A DNA stretch of 61,370 bases, the filler included. It is 13 parts of 13 records of this genome, joined end to end, with 100 filler letters (N's around TTAATTAATTAA, not from the genome) between each part and the next. Parts side by side here need not be neighbours in the genome. Positions count along the whole stretch, not along the records: positions 9,631 to 14,473 come from SRR15195285_977; positions 14,574 to 22,311 come from SRR15195285_978; positions 22,412 to 25,741 come from SRR15195285_979; positions 25,842 to 29,335 come from SRR15195285_980; 9 more parts are not named here. The stretch is one strand, 5' to 3'. Shown piece by piece: positions 12,421 through 26,159 of the stretch. The translations under genes were made by a program, and so were the position numbers. The notes beneath the pieces were generated by a model. The model did no database searches, had not been told where the DNA came from, and worked only from the letters and a program-made list of their open reading frames with translations. Position 1 is the first letter of the stretch. Each line of letters starts with the position of its first letter.

Positions 12421-12808
12421 TCGTCCACTGCCTGCCGCGGCGGGAATTGCAGAATGAATGAGTGAATGTGCGTCCTTACATGTTACAAACGACAATGCCT
12501 GGGTCACAGGCAGGCTCAGGCGACTCCTCGCCAGGCAGGGCGGTTGGCCAGCGAGCGGTTGGTTGCGTGGACAGAGGGTGGTCAGGAGCCTGCACGCGGC
12601 AGAGGACGCGGGGACGGCCTTCCTGCAGTGGAGTAGGCAAGGGGCTTGGGAGGGGTGCCTCGGAGAGCTGGGGGAGGGCTGCTTGGGTGGCGAGGTGTGC
12701 TGACAGGAGGGAGGAAGGAGTCGGTGCGGGACTCTGGCCACTCCTGCTGGCCTTGGGCTGCGCCCGGGCCGCGCGTTGGAGCAGGGGCGAGCTTCGTAGT
12801 GGAAGGCG

Positions 12809-14473
12809 ATGGGTGGTGGCGCCGGGGAGGGAGGTCGGGCTGCTGTGGCGCGTCGACGAGAGGGCGGAGCGCAGCGCACCTGGCTGGCGCGTCTCGCGCT
12901 GGCTGCGGCTGTCTCGGCGCCGCGCACGGCGCGCGCACAGTGCGCCAATGCGGCGGGCGATGCCGCCTGCGCGTCATACCTCAACGTGCTTGGGCACGAG
13001 TGTGCCACTCAAGTGGGCGGCGTAGAGGTCGGGGATCTCTGCAAGAAGTCGTGCGGCCGTTGCGATGGCGGCTTCAGTGCTGCCAACGGCGGGCCGGTGG
13101 CTCCCGGCAACAACGCCTGTTGGTTTGGGGATGTGCAGTTCGCACCATGCTGCGACATGTCCCAAGGGAACATCGGCAACGCCCCCTGCTGGGGTGGCGT
13201 GGAAGGGCTCTTTGAGGTTTGCTGCATGGGTCGCCCCCTGTGCACAGGCACCGTGACGACGGCTGGTGTCGACTGCGGTGACTACGGCACCTGCACCGCG
13301 AAGTCGAACGGCTACGAGTCGGAATGTCTCTGCGATACCGGGTTCACCGGGACCGGGTGCACCATTTACAGCCCCGGGTCGAACTCCGGCTTAGCTCACC
13401 CCGCGTGCCGATCTCTCTCGTCGGCTGGGCCGGCTACGGTCTGCCCTCATGGGCAGGAGTGCCACGCGACCACGGGCGAGTGCACTTGCCAGGGTGGATG
13501 GCACGACCAGGTCGACGTGGCCACGTGCGAATACAGCTCCCAGACTACGTCAAACTGCTGGAGCGGCGAGTACACGTTCGACCGCTGCTGCAATCCTCGG
13601 GATGGAGTTGGCGATGCCAGTTGCTGGTGGCAGGACGTCAATTACGCCAACTGTCACTGCGTGGATAAGTGCTTAGGCGTGGAGTGCGGCCCGCACGGCG
13701 AGTGCGACCAGGACACGGGTGCTTGCAATTGTCACAGTGGGGTTGGTGCTCCCAGCTGGGTTGGCTCGGCGTGTGAAAGGTATAACGGCCTCGCATCGTG
13801 CTGGAGCGGCGATTACACGTATGATCGCTGTTGCAACCCTCTAGACGGGACGGGCGACGGCACGTGCTGGTGGCAGGACGTCAATTACGCTGCCTGTTTG
13901 TGCGAGGTGCCAGTTGACTGTGTTGGTTCTTGGGGTGCATGCAATACCGAGTGCACGAAGGTATACACCGTAACAACAGAGGCCCAATCTGGCGGTAAAG
14001 CTTGCGAGGCTAGCAGCGGAGATACCATGGGGTGCAGTTCGGGTGAGGGAGCGTGCATGTACTGCGCCGTTGACTCAGGGGACCGAACGGGATACTCCAT
14101 CGCTGCGCCTGGAGCTGCAACTGTGGCCGGGCTGGGGGACCTAACATGCGCGTCCGGCTGGGCTGCAGATAACCCCGCTGTATCATGCCCTGCCGGTGGA
14201 GAGAACTTCTACTTCAGCGGGTGCACCGAGAACTCGTGTGCGGCGATTTCGCTCGCAAGCGGGGTTGTCTCAGATGACTCAGCTGGCGATGCATGCACAC
14301 CTGGACTGGTGCTGACGACGAGCAGCGACTCCAGCTGTGACGTGAAATGCGACGAGACTACTCACGTGGCTCAGAGTGGAACAGTGGCATGTGCATCCGA
14401 TGCATCGGTCGGGCAGGCAACGACGGGGCAGCCAAACTGTGTGGCTCGTGCAGCTTGCTCGACGATTCAGTGT
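12809..14473 (+). CDS. Secreted or cell-surface cysteine-rich protein: ShK-like, EGF-like, TSP1-like and three CW...CC modules (3' partial)
   Basis: Hydrophobic signal WLARLALAAAVSA, ShK-like LCKKSCGRC, EGF-like CLCDTGFTGTGC and CGPHGECDQDTGACNC, TSP1-like VDCVGSWGACNTEC. Runs off the contig end. Confidence 0.85.
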
Positions 14474-14872
14474 NNNNNNNNNNNNNNNNNNNNNNNNNNN
14501 NNNNNNNNNNNNNNNNNTTAATTAATTAANNNNNNNNNNNNNNNNNNNNNNNNNNNNNNNNNNNNNNNNNNNNAACCTGGGTACATGCATTTGAAGACCG
14601 GATTGCTGGGGCGCCCTGGTGGGTCTGTGCGATGCAGCGCAGGCGCGCGCTGCTGCGTGCTGCGTGCCGCGCGCCACCGCCTGCCAGGCCTATATCCTTA
14701 AAGCATAGGGCCCGCGCGCATGCAACCGGAAGTGGAAGTCTCCCGGCGACGGAACTCCATCGCACGCGCGGTGGCACTCCGACGCTCCTCGCATCGCCGC
14801 GGTTCGGACGGCGAGCGGCGCGCAGGTGAGTCGTGCCACCGGGAGGAGCCGAGCCGAGCGAGGAAGCGTGGC

Positions 14873-16840
14873 ATGCAGGGTTGCAAGGCATGGCTGATGC
14901 ACGCCGTCCCACCTCTGGTTCTACTGCTGCTTCAGCGCGGCCGAGGCATCCCACTTGATCCCAGCCAGCGCCAACTTCACCCAGCAGGACAATGCAAGCT
15001 GTGCCCTCACCATAGCGACGTCATTGCCACATCCCGTGCTGTTCATTACACACCAGACCATGGCTATGATACCTGGAGTGCGATGCAGGCGTTCCACGCA
15101 ACCCGCCTGGACTGGGTGTACAACCGCAACGCCAGCTTCGTTTCTGAGGCCCACGAGCGTGGCTTCGAGGTGTCACTTGCGATGAACCCGCAGTGCCCTG
15201 ACGCGGAAGGGAAGTACGACCAGTATCGCGTTCAAAATATTCACGGGCGGCCGCTTGTTGCTCCGTGGATGAGGGCGTGGAAGGGAGAACCGCGCAACTA
15301 CGGCTGTGTCAACAATCCTGGTTATCTGCAAATCGCGTTAGATTTTGGCTCAAACCTGTTGAAAATCGGATCAGACGCAATCCAGCACGACGACCCTGGC
15401 GCAAACGGTGAAGCATCCACCTGGAACAACGGCGACCCAGAGCAGAGTGGCTGCTACTGCGACCACTGCATGTCTGGGTTCACCGCCAGGCTGCTGGATC
15501 TGCTCAGTCCGGTCGAGCAAAATAAGCTGAACGTCACTGCAGATTTCAACTATCGCGAGTTGTTGCTGCACAACCCCTGGAACGGCAGCAATTCGTCAAC
15601 AGTACGGGCACTTCGCCCACTATTCGTGGACTATCAACGCAACGTTTCAGAGCTCTACTTGAGCAATTTGAGGCAGCACCTTGATGAAACTGCACATTCC
15701 CTCGGCCGAACGACTTCGCTCTCTTGCAACGGTGGTGGTGGGTGGTCAACTCATATGGCTTGTGATTATGTACTCGGGGAGCTCAACGCAGCTGATGCAA
15801 CGCCGCAGGGATTGGAAAACATTTTTTGGACGGAGTTGCCAGATGGCAAAGCGCAGGTGATGACGATGCCAAAGCACCACAACAAAACACTGGTGGAATC
15901 ACCTGCCTTCGAAGTTCTGATTCGCACGTCGATCGCCTACACCTACGCACTTGGTTCGAATATGATGGCGCCATGGGACATCTACCTGCCCACCCCGCAG
16001 GCGGAGCGATATTACGGCAATGCCAGCCAGTACGGCGACCTTTATGCATTTGTTCGCCGTCACGCCGCACTGCTAGATGCCACGACATTGCCCGTTCCAA
16101 CCCCGCAACGAGCAAAGCCAAATGGCGGTCGCGGTGGCGAAGCGAACTACAACCATACCTACAATACCGGCAGGTTGGCCACAGGCCAGATGGGTAATCG
16201 CTGGCGCTTCCCATTTCCATTTACATCTCCAGGCTACAGCGGCCCACGCATCAACGGATCGAAATATGAAGGACAGAGTCTCCTCAGTTGCCAGTCTCTT
16301 TGCGACGATGACGACATGTGCAAGGGCGTGTACCTTTCTAGCACTAGCTCGGAGTGCTTTACTTTACACGAGCTTGTGAGATGCGAAACAACGCTACGCG
16401 GTGACAGCTACACGCGCACTGCAAAGGGGCACGCCCATCCTGCACAGCCTTCTTCACCAGTCAGTATCGCAGAGCCAGATGTGCGGCTCAGGCTGCGGGT
16501 CGCGCCAAACCACAGTGTGGCGGCGCTGCACGTGATTGACTGGCGCAATTCTATGCCGAGTGTGTGGACGACAGGGGTGTTGCCGAATCGTACGTTTGGT
16601 CCAATCAGTGTTAACGTGAGTAACTCGGTCCTGCAACCGAAATCGCTGGCAGCTACACGAGGGGCAGGCAGCGACGTTGGCGCTGTTTGTGGTAATCTGC
16701 GATTTTCACTGCATGGGCTAGCCGACACCGCTCCGGTCGTGCTGACAGGGCAGTGCAGCGGCGGAATGACCGTGCTCAAACTACCCAGCCCTGGTCCATG
16801 GTCGATAATCGAGGTAAAGCCCATGGGCCACCGTGCGTGA
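14873..16840 (+). CDS. Secreted putative glycoside hydrolase-like protein with a PAN/apple-like domain
   Basis: Signal-like VPPLVLLLLQ. Aromatic/acidic motifs HATRLDWVY, YGCVNNPGY, DAIQHDDP, MAPWDIYLP. PAN-like SLLSCQSLCDDDDMCKGVYL...C. Intronless. An alternative upstream ATG is at 14720. Confidence 0.6.
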   Translation: MQGCKAWLMHAVPPLVLLLLQRGRGIPLDPSQRQLHPAGQCKLCPHHSDVIATSRAVHYTPDHGYDTWSAMQAFHATRLDWVYNRNASFVSEAHERGFEVSLAMNPQCPDAEGKYDQYRVQNIHGRPLVAPWMRAWKGEPRNYGCVNNPGYLQIALDFGSNLLKIGSDAIQHDDPGANGEASTWNNGDPEQSGCYCDHCMSGFTARLLDLLSPVEQNKLNVTADFNYRELLLHNPWNGSNSSTVRALRPLFVDYQRNVSELYLSNLRQHLDETAHSLGRTTSLSCNGGGGWSTHMACDYVLGELNAADATPQGLENIFWTELPDGKAQVMTMPKHHNKTLVESPAFEVLIRTSIAYTYALGSNMMAPWDIYLPTPQAERYYGNASQYGDLYAFVRRHAALLDATTLPVPTPQRAKPNGGRGGEANYNHTYNTGRLATGQMGNRWRFPFPFTSPGYSGPRINGSKYEGQSLLSCQSLCDDDDMCKGVYLSSTSSECFTLHELVRCETTLRGDSYTRTAKGHAHPAQPSSPVSIAEPDVRLRLRVAPNHSVAALHVIDWRNSMPSVWTTGVLPNRTFGPISVNVSNSVLQPKSLAATRGAGSDVGAVCGNLRFSLHGLADTAPVVLTGQCSGGMTVLKLPSPGPWSIIEVKPMGHRA

Positions 16841-17075
16841 CGGTGATGAACGACCCGATTCCGATGTATTGGCTCCGCTCGAGGTGTTTGTCGCAAAGCT
16901 TCAACACACACGAAATCTCCCCTGGTATCGAGACTAGCACAGGCGCGTGGCGCGGCTTTCAGGCGCGCCCATGTGCTGCGGTGCCAAGGTTGGTCAGCCC
17001 GTCGTTCTCAATTCTGTCAATTCACTGCCATTGTTAATGCTCTCGAATGTTCCTCGAGCTCGGCCACGGTCTCTC

Positions 17076-17933
17076 TTAGGACATCTCGGCCTGGTGGTCG
17101 CCACGCTTGTGAGCGTAGATCTGGTTAGTGCCACCGAATGTCGAGCCGCCGAGCAGCCGGGTGGAGCCATGCATCTTAGCGTTCAGGAACAGGCGCTGCT
17201 CGTTGTAAGTGGCTGCAGTGTTGCCCTCGTTAAAGATCGTCTCATCCACCGGCTTGCGTTTGTACCACCTGAGATTCCACCGCGCGTGCGAAAGGTCCAT
17301 CAGATGGCGGTACAGTTGGCTAGTGGGGAGGGCTTATGGGCGGGGCTGAGCGACCGACTCACACAATGTCCGGGTAGTTCATGAGGTTGCGTGCGGAGGC
17401 GTAGGCGCAGAGCAGGCAGCCACCGCCGATGGCCGCGTACAGCGGGACGATCTGTGTGGCGGCAGCGCGCACGGGGGTGTCAGCTCCACGATCGGGTGCG
17501 GCCGTAGGCCCGCGAATCCATGCGCGAATCGCTCCCCAGCATGTGGTCGTTCGTTCGGAGGGACAGGGAAAAAGAGTCCAGACGAACAGACGAGCAGACG
17601 AGCACAGAGAGGTGTGGCGGGGCAGGGCAGCGAGTGGAGGCTAGCTATCTATGCCCTCCACTGCTAGTCAAGGCAGAGCTGCGAGGAACGCCAGCGCAGC
17701 ATCCACGCGGGGGAGAGACTCCACGCAAACGCCTGAACACACGGGGACACAGAGACGGACAGACTGACAGACAAAGACACAGGGCGAGCGAGCGAGCCCA
17801 AGTGTCTTGGCGCATTGCCGGCAATGGCGTGCGGAGCGTGATGCGTGCATTGCGGCGGCTCCTCGCATCTGCAACGCACCGCCGTGTCGTACCAGGCCGA
17901 GAGTGGCGTGGCCTTCCGGAGCAGTCGGGACAT
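17076..17933 (-). CDS. NDUFA4/B12D (MLRQ) family mitochondrial membrane protein, 111 aa, 3 exons (17933-17880, 17451-17363, 17268-17076)
   Basis: Manually spliced: MSRLLRKATPLSAWYDTA-IVPLYAAIGGGCLLCAYASARNLMNYPDIV-WYKRK... All junctions are GT-AG and in phase. Matches the family pattern (I/L)xPLFxxIGxxxxxxxxxxxRxxxxxPDVxW. Confidence 0.8.
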
Positions 17934-18158
17934 CCTGAACCCTTGCAACAGCCGCAGGTCGATCCTACCTACCGTAGATGCCCCCCAAGGAATGCCCAAC
18001 ACAGCCAGCCCAGTTACGCGCAGTAGTAGGCCGTCCCTCAATTTCTCATTGAGTTCACGGCATCCCGCTAGCGATCCCCTCCCCTTTCCAGAGCAATCCA
18101 CGGTGTGGCACAACTGATCCATGCACACGACAATCACAACAACTGGAATTTTCAGAGA

Positions 18159-18270
18159 CACGGTGAAAAGTACGCAGCCGCTCGGGCTGAGTCAGCGGGC
18201 ATCCACGCGAATTCTCAATGAGTTCTGCCTACCCGTACGGGTTTTTTTATAGACCACGCGGTTCACCGTG
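18159..18270. mobile_element. Candidate 112-bp MITE
   Basis: Bounded by the 9-bp inverted repeat CACGGTGAA...TTCACCGTG, intergenic, no coding capacity. No direct target duplication is visible and there is a single copy in the window. Confidence 0.4.
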
Positions 18271-19147
18271 GGTTGCACGCATAGGGGGTCGGGTGGCGGG
18301 GGAGCGGGGGCGCCGCGGTCAAGGGCGAATTCTGCTGTGAATTCTGACGGTCTCTGCGGTCGGAGAGCGCGGGGCACAGACGGTCCGCGGTCAAACACAC
18401 AAACAGTCGCATCCACGGCGTTGCAGGACAGTCAGAGTCAGCAATCACGAGTCAGTGCGCGTTCTGAGACGCTGCCTGAACGATGCGCGTCCGAACAATT
18501 CTCAATTGTGACGACCGTGTGGGTCCAGGTGTTTGTAAAATGTACTGCCCCTCACCCAGTTTTCAAGCGAATTTTTCCCAGTCTCTACAAAGTCGTATAT
18601 CTTCGCCGTCAATGGAAAGTTGAGTGGCAACAACTGCAGGTGAGAAATAGTCCGAGTTTGTTTCGTGGCACAACATTTCGTCTATTTATGTCAAAACATT
18701 GTATCGTTCGCCATTCTCATCGTTCTGCCAGCGGGCAAATGTGCTGAGTCGAATTCCATGGAGGATGTTGCCGTCGGACTTTTCTCATGATCAGCGGAAT
18801 TCACATACAAATTGCTGTCCAAAACCGCGCAACCGCAAAAAGTCCGAGGGCTCAGATCTCAGACAGAAGGAACAGAGCTCGCGACGCTGTTGGTCCCGAA
18901 ATGCATTTCCAGCGATGTTTCTACGCCCCACCCACCTGAATAAATATCCGATTTGCACCGCACCACGACGAGTGAATCTATATACTTTTTCAGGAATTGA
19001 ATGTGACGTGTGTTTGTGAGAAAATGCGAATGTCCGCGGGTGACTGGCCATCGAATTCCGATGAGAAAACGAGGCGTCGATCGCCTGTCCTGTCCTGTCC
19101 GTGGCGCTGCACGAAGGCCTTCGTCTTTCCGCACCCGTTTGCTCGCG

Positions 19148-21177
<2,030 letters not shown>

Positions 21178-21445
21178 AACTCCCTGCAAACACGATCGAC
21201 TGGTTGTATGTTGCGTGCTTGTTCCTTACGCGCTCCAAAAACTGACTGTCCATGCTTGTGTGTCCTTCAGATCCAGTAGATCGGCTAAACAACTGTAAAG
21301 GTAGCGGACCTCTTGTGAGCAAGTCGAGTGCAACAATGAGTGTAATAGACCGGTTTTTAGCGGAACACTCTCGGAGTACACTGCACCACACACACAGCCA
21401 CATTGCCCACCACACACTGCCCGCTGCGGCCGGCATGCGGCACCA

Positions 21446-22000
21446 CTAGCGCGCTCTACTAGATCTCTGAGTACCACGGCCGCTTCCGATGGCCGGCAGG
21501 CGAGGAGACGGGTCAAACGTCGAGGTCTTCTTCACCTGCCTACTCGGCACGGCCGACGCGGCTGCGCCGCCTGCAGACTCCCGTGCAGACCGCAGATCGT
21601 ACTGCTTTCGCTCTTTAAAAGACGACGAACCCCAGTTCGTCTCGAGACCGAACTGAGACGCAGATGTTTTCGCTTTCTCCTGCGCCACACACGTCAAACA
21701 CAATCCCACCACAGCACACCGTTAGTCACTAGAGTTAGGTTTGCGTGTGTAGAGTGGTGGTCGCGTACCCGTGCACCGGTGACGTCTACACGGCTGATCG
21801 TCGTATACTGAGCTGCCTTGCTGTACCCCAGGCTCCCCGCCATCACGGTCGTCGGCCCTGCGAGCTGCATTTTTCTTTTTCTTCGGCGAATGATTTGATA
21901 CGATGAATCTGGCTCTGTCTCCTCATCAGCACCGTTGCTGTCCTCTTCTTTTGACTTAGTAGCCGCGACTGTGTAGCACACACGAGAAGACAAATTCAGT
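21446..22000 (-). CDS. 3' exons of an unidentified low-complexity protein (5' partial)
   Basis: Two protein-like minus-strand frames (TKSKEEDSNGADEE...; QEKAKTSASQFGLETNWG...RSSRAR*) with intron-like gaps. Convergent with ATP2. Confidence 0.45.
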
Positions 22001-22674
22001 TTGCGAGTAGACGTAGGCAAAGTTCACCCACTGTAGTCATTTGTATTTGCATTTATCGATGCTGAACGTACTTGGATCGGTGAGTAGAATGTCCATTGCG
22101 TCTACGAACGCGATCGGTTCCGCTTGGAGTGCCGATTGCAGGTTGTAAGTATGCACAACGAGCATCTGTGGAGTCAGGGACGCACAAGCAGATCGTCGCA
22201 GTCAGTACGAGTAGACACCCCCGTCGCCTCCATTTCCCTGCGCAGGTCAACTGTACCAGTGGATGCGCATGTGATTTACGGTTCCAACTCACCTCAGTCT
22301 CTCCCACTGCCNNNNNNNNNNNNNNNNNNNNNNNNNNNNNNNNNNNNNNNNNNNNTTAATTAATTAANNNNNNNNNNNNNNNNNNNNNNNNNNNNNNNNN
22401 NNNNNNNNNNNTATTGGCGTTACGAGCCGTTATTTTGGCCATGATTCTGAGTATATCGTAGCTGCGCGCGGGGCTGTGCCACAGCCGGTGAGCTCGCTGC
22501 GTGCTGCCGTGCCGCGGCCGCCCCGGCGATGACCGACCCTTCGGGTTCGTCGTCCTGAGCTCGCTGCACTGCGTGGCGCTGGGAGGGGGACAGTTGCGGT
22601 CGGTCGGACTGCGCGCCTGCTGTGCCTCAGTTGCGTGGGCGCGCTTCGTCGCTGCATTGCCAAGCGGCTGTGCC

Positions 22675-23272
22675 ATGGACACGCCCACTGTGGCCGTCGC
22701 GGCCGTGTGCCTCGTGCTCGGCTGGGTTGCCCACGCAGCTGTGGCGCCCTCCAGCGTCCGCGGCGCGGCTGCGTGGGACGACGAGGGCGATGGAGCTGAC
22801 AGTGCGACGAGCGCTGTCCGACTGGGGCCGGTGAAGATGGTGCTGTGTGTCCGCCAGGACCTGAAGATGACGAAGGGCAAGATTGCCGCCCAGTGTGGGC
22901 ATGCATCACTCGGCATGTGCGCCTGTTGCCCGTCAGCGCCCTGGCTGCGGGGCGCTCACCGCGATCCTCGCGACTCGCGCTGCGTCTGACCACGACTTGT
23001 GGCTGATGCACAGGTACATGAAACTCCAGACAAAGGCAGGCGCCTTGTTAGCGAGCTGGTTTGCGCACGGCCAGGCAAAGATTGCGCTGAAGGTCGAGGA
23101 CGAGGAACGTCTGGTAGCGCTGAAGGCGGCTGCGCAATCAGCGGGACTGCCGGTGCACGTTGTCGTCGACGCTGGCCGGACACAGATCGCAGCCAATACC
23201 AAGACGGTCCTGGCAATTCTTGGACCAGAGGGCGATGTGGATGCAGTGACGGGGAGTCTAAAACTATTGTGA
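22675..23272 (+). CDS. PTH2: Peptidyl-tRNA hydrolase 2 (exons 22675-22916, 23014-23272)
   Basis: N-terminal [63 protein letters not shown]. The GT-AG intron restores the frame (GM|YMK). Confidence 0.95.
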
Positions 23273-23369
23273 CCACCAAAAGCGTCCGGTGGTCTCGTTG
23301 CTGAGACTTGAAAACGACCTGCACTTCATTGTCCACCTGAATGCCAGATGTCAATCAGCACCACTTTGC

Positions 23370-25446
23370 TCAGACCAAGATATTTGGCGGAGAAGGTGGC
23401 TGCTTCGGAGGTGGCGGGCCTCCCAGTGCACCGTATGGCCCGAGCTTCTTGCCCCGCCCATTCACCACGACGTGCTCTTGCCGGTGCGTTGCCGCGGAAG
23501 CCGGCGCCACACAGTAGTGATCTGGGAGAATCGGCGCGCTGGCCTGCTGCTGTCTGCCGGCCGGCCTCCTCGGTATTGACGTGTCACCTGACGCAACTTC
23601 CTTTTCAAGCATCTCCATCCGTGCCCCAACGTAGTCGGGCACCGCCCAGCGTCCAACACTTGCGCCCCCATCTCTAGCGTGAGCGCTGGCTGACAGTCTC
23701 ACTGACTCCGTACGGCAGTCGCACGCGGCCATCGAATCTACAGACCACTCGTGCAGTGGCTTCGACCCACTATCCCAGCGTGGTAAGCACTCCCGTCTCC
23801 CACCCATCGCACCTCCTCCGACCTTACTGCCGAGTTCGTAGTCAAGCTCCCAGTGAACTGGACGAGCATTTGTGGCTAAGGCGCGATCCAAACGATCTGA
23901 TCCTGGTGCAGCTGCACAGTCAGCCACACCTGCGGCATGCAAAGCGTGCTCGAGAGACCAGCGACCGGTCGAGCCGACTGTGGCCGGTGCGTGGCGCTCG
24001 AGCTGCTCTTCGATCGCGCGTTCATCCAGCAACCGATTCTGCTCACCCTTGAGTGGATCGATTAGATCACTGCTCCTGTAGCGGACCCCGCCACTTCGTC
24101 TGCCTTTGCCAGACCTTCCTCGCTGTGCGGCTTCGATCCTCTGCCGCTCACGATGGTTAGAAGGCTCCAGGAACACCCAGCCATCGTTCCGGTTGATGCT
24201 CTCCACGTATTCCTCCGACTGTCGCCGCAGACGCTGTTCGAGGTCTTCCGCATCAATACTGTCCACATCGCGCATTACCTGATGTTGAATACGCTGGAAT
24301 ACATCCCTGTCCCACTTCTTGTACAATCGCAGTTGCCGCTGGCGTGCAGCTTCCACCTGCGCGTCGTTCTCTGCCTCCAGAGTCGCTACAAAGCCCTGGC
24401 GGTCCAGTTCAAATTGTTCCAATCTGTCGTTTCTCGCCTTCTCTCGCTGCCTTCGTGCAAATTCAGCCTCCTGCCAGCGAAGACAGTAAGAATGGGCGGC
24501 TCGGACAGAAGTTGGGTTCATGGATGGATGTGCCACGTACGCGGCGCGTTTTGCCCTGCAGGGTGGCTATGTCCTCCCACTCGGACGTGCCGTACTTCGG
24601 TGGAATATAGTCCAGCCCGATACCAGATTCTGTGTAGTCGCGGCAGTGAGTTGCCTTCGTGCCTGCGTTCGGGCCCGTGACGATGACGTCGTGTGCGTTG
24701 CGCTCTAAAGGGGCGTCACCACGGACAGTACGAGGTGCAGGGCTGACCGTCGAATGCGCTGCAGGGCCTTGACGAATCTGCACCTCTTTAGTAGGTCTGA
24801 TGCCACCGTTCTCGCCAACAGCAGTCAGCAGTCGCGGTGGCGTAAGGCACGGACTGGTCTGCCGCTGCTGCTCAACCGGGTGTGGCTGAGTGGAGGTGGG
24901 CTTCACCATAGTGGCAGTGCGCGAGGTCGGACGGTTGCGTCGACGGATCGGGCCGCTGGACTCACTGTGCGGACCAATAGACTGTACGACCAGAACAGGT
25001 GCGCCACAAACCACCGGCGCAGCGACATTTCTGCGTTTTCGCTGCTCCGAATGCTCCATCTTCTTGTCGTCATCTGGTTCAGGATGGGTCAGCGTCATAA
25101 TCTGTGCCACAGACGGGCGGTTCTTGCCATTACTGGACTGTGGTTGCGGCTCGGGCGTTACAAGCAGCGACTGTGACTTTGGCCTACTGGTGGCGCTCGG
25201 CGCCGTCTTTGGTGGCGACACCGAAACATGTTGCGGAGACGCTGGCGCCGTCGTTGTGCTTGCGAGAGATCCAATAGCGTCCAAACTGCTGCCGCTGCTG
25301 CCGAGCAGAAATCCGGAGCCCCCGGTCGATCCAAACTCGGTGCAGCTCGGCGAGCGCAACGGCGTCGCCGGCGGACTGATCCCAGCGCTAGCGCCCCACG
25401 CCCTGACGGACCCACCCGACACCGCATTCTTAGCCTGCGGAGCCAT
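23370..25446 (-). CDS. FAM228-like protein with a long disordered N-terminus (2 exons)
   Basis: Exon 2 has RLYKKWDRDVFQRIQ...EEYVESINRNDGWVFLE...DPLK, resembling the FAM228 core. The intron is at about 24540-24473. Confidence 0.5.
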
Positions 25447-26040
25447 CCAGCCGCTGCTCCGTAGCCACAAAAACTACCACAGCCCGCCACAGCCCGCCCA
25501 GCCGCCCACGCTGCCTCCACCACCACCCTCGCCGGCTGTTATACCGCCGCAGCCCAGCCAGCGGCAGTGGCAGGGGCAGTGGCGCGGCAGCTCAGGGCAC
25601 AGGGCTGCAGAGGCGGTTGCGTCACGTCGCGTACTGTACTGCACTCGGCCGTACTGCACGGGGTCAGAACCACACTAATGTCAATACTGGTGTGCGGAAC
25701 AACCCAGTGTATCGGGGCGGTCCGCGGAGTGTGCTGCATTGNNNNNNNNNNNNNNNNNNNNNNNNNNNNNNNNNNNNNNNNNNNNTTAATTAATTAANNN
25801 NNNNNNNNNNNNNNNNNNNNNNNNNNNNNNNNNNNNNNNNNCAGTCACATAGGCAGAGGTGGAACAGTCTCTGGCTGACTGCATGGCATGGCACCATGCA
25901 TGGCTGCCGTTTTTGCCAAGATATTCACGCTGCAGTGAAAGTTCATTGTGAAAGTGCGCAACCGCCCTGCGCCGCGCTACGTGCTGCTACGCTGGGCTGG
26001 GCTGGAACCCTCTCCCCTCTGCCTCCCTAGCGAGACCACG

Positions 26041-26098
26041 CCAAGGGCCGAGGGCCGAGGGCCGAGGGCCGAGGGCCAAGGGCCAAGGGCCAAGGGCC
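26041..26098 (+). repeat. 7-bp tandem repeat (CCRAGGG)x8
   Basis: ccaagggccgagggccgagggccgagggccgagggccaagggccaagggccaagggcc, upstream of the CDS at 26160. Confidence 0.9.
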
Positions 26099-26159
26099 CC
26101 CGCCGCTGCTCATCGAAGAGCGCAGGGAGGGTCCCATTCCCACTCCCACTGCCATTCCC

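Noticed and set aside
18268-18747. 159-aa ORF in the ATP2 upstream island
   Set aside because: Non-ATG start, atypical composition, no motif. It is more likely a chance frame over repeat-like DNA.
26041-26098. 7-bp repeat as CRISPR or telomeric array
   Set aside because: No spacers, internal position and eukaryotic context. It is a simple minisatellite.
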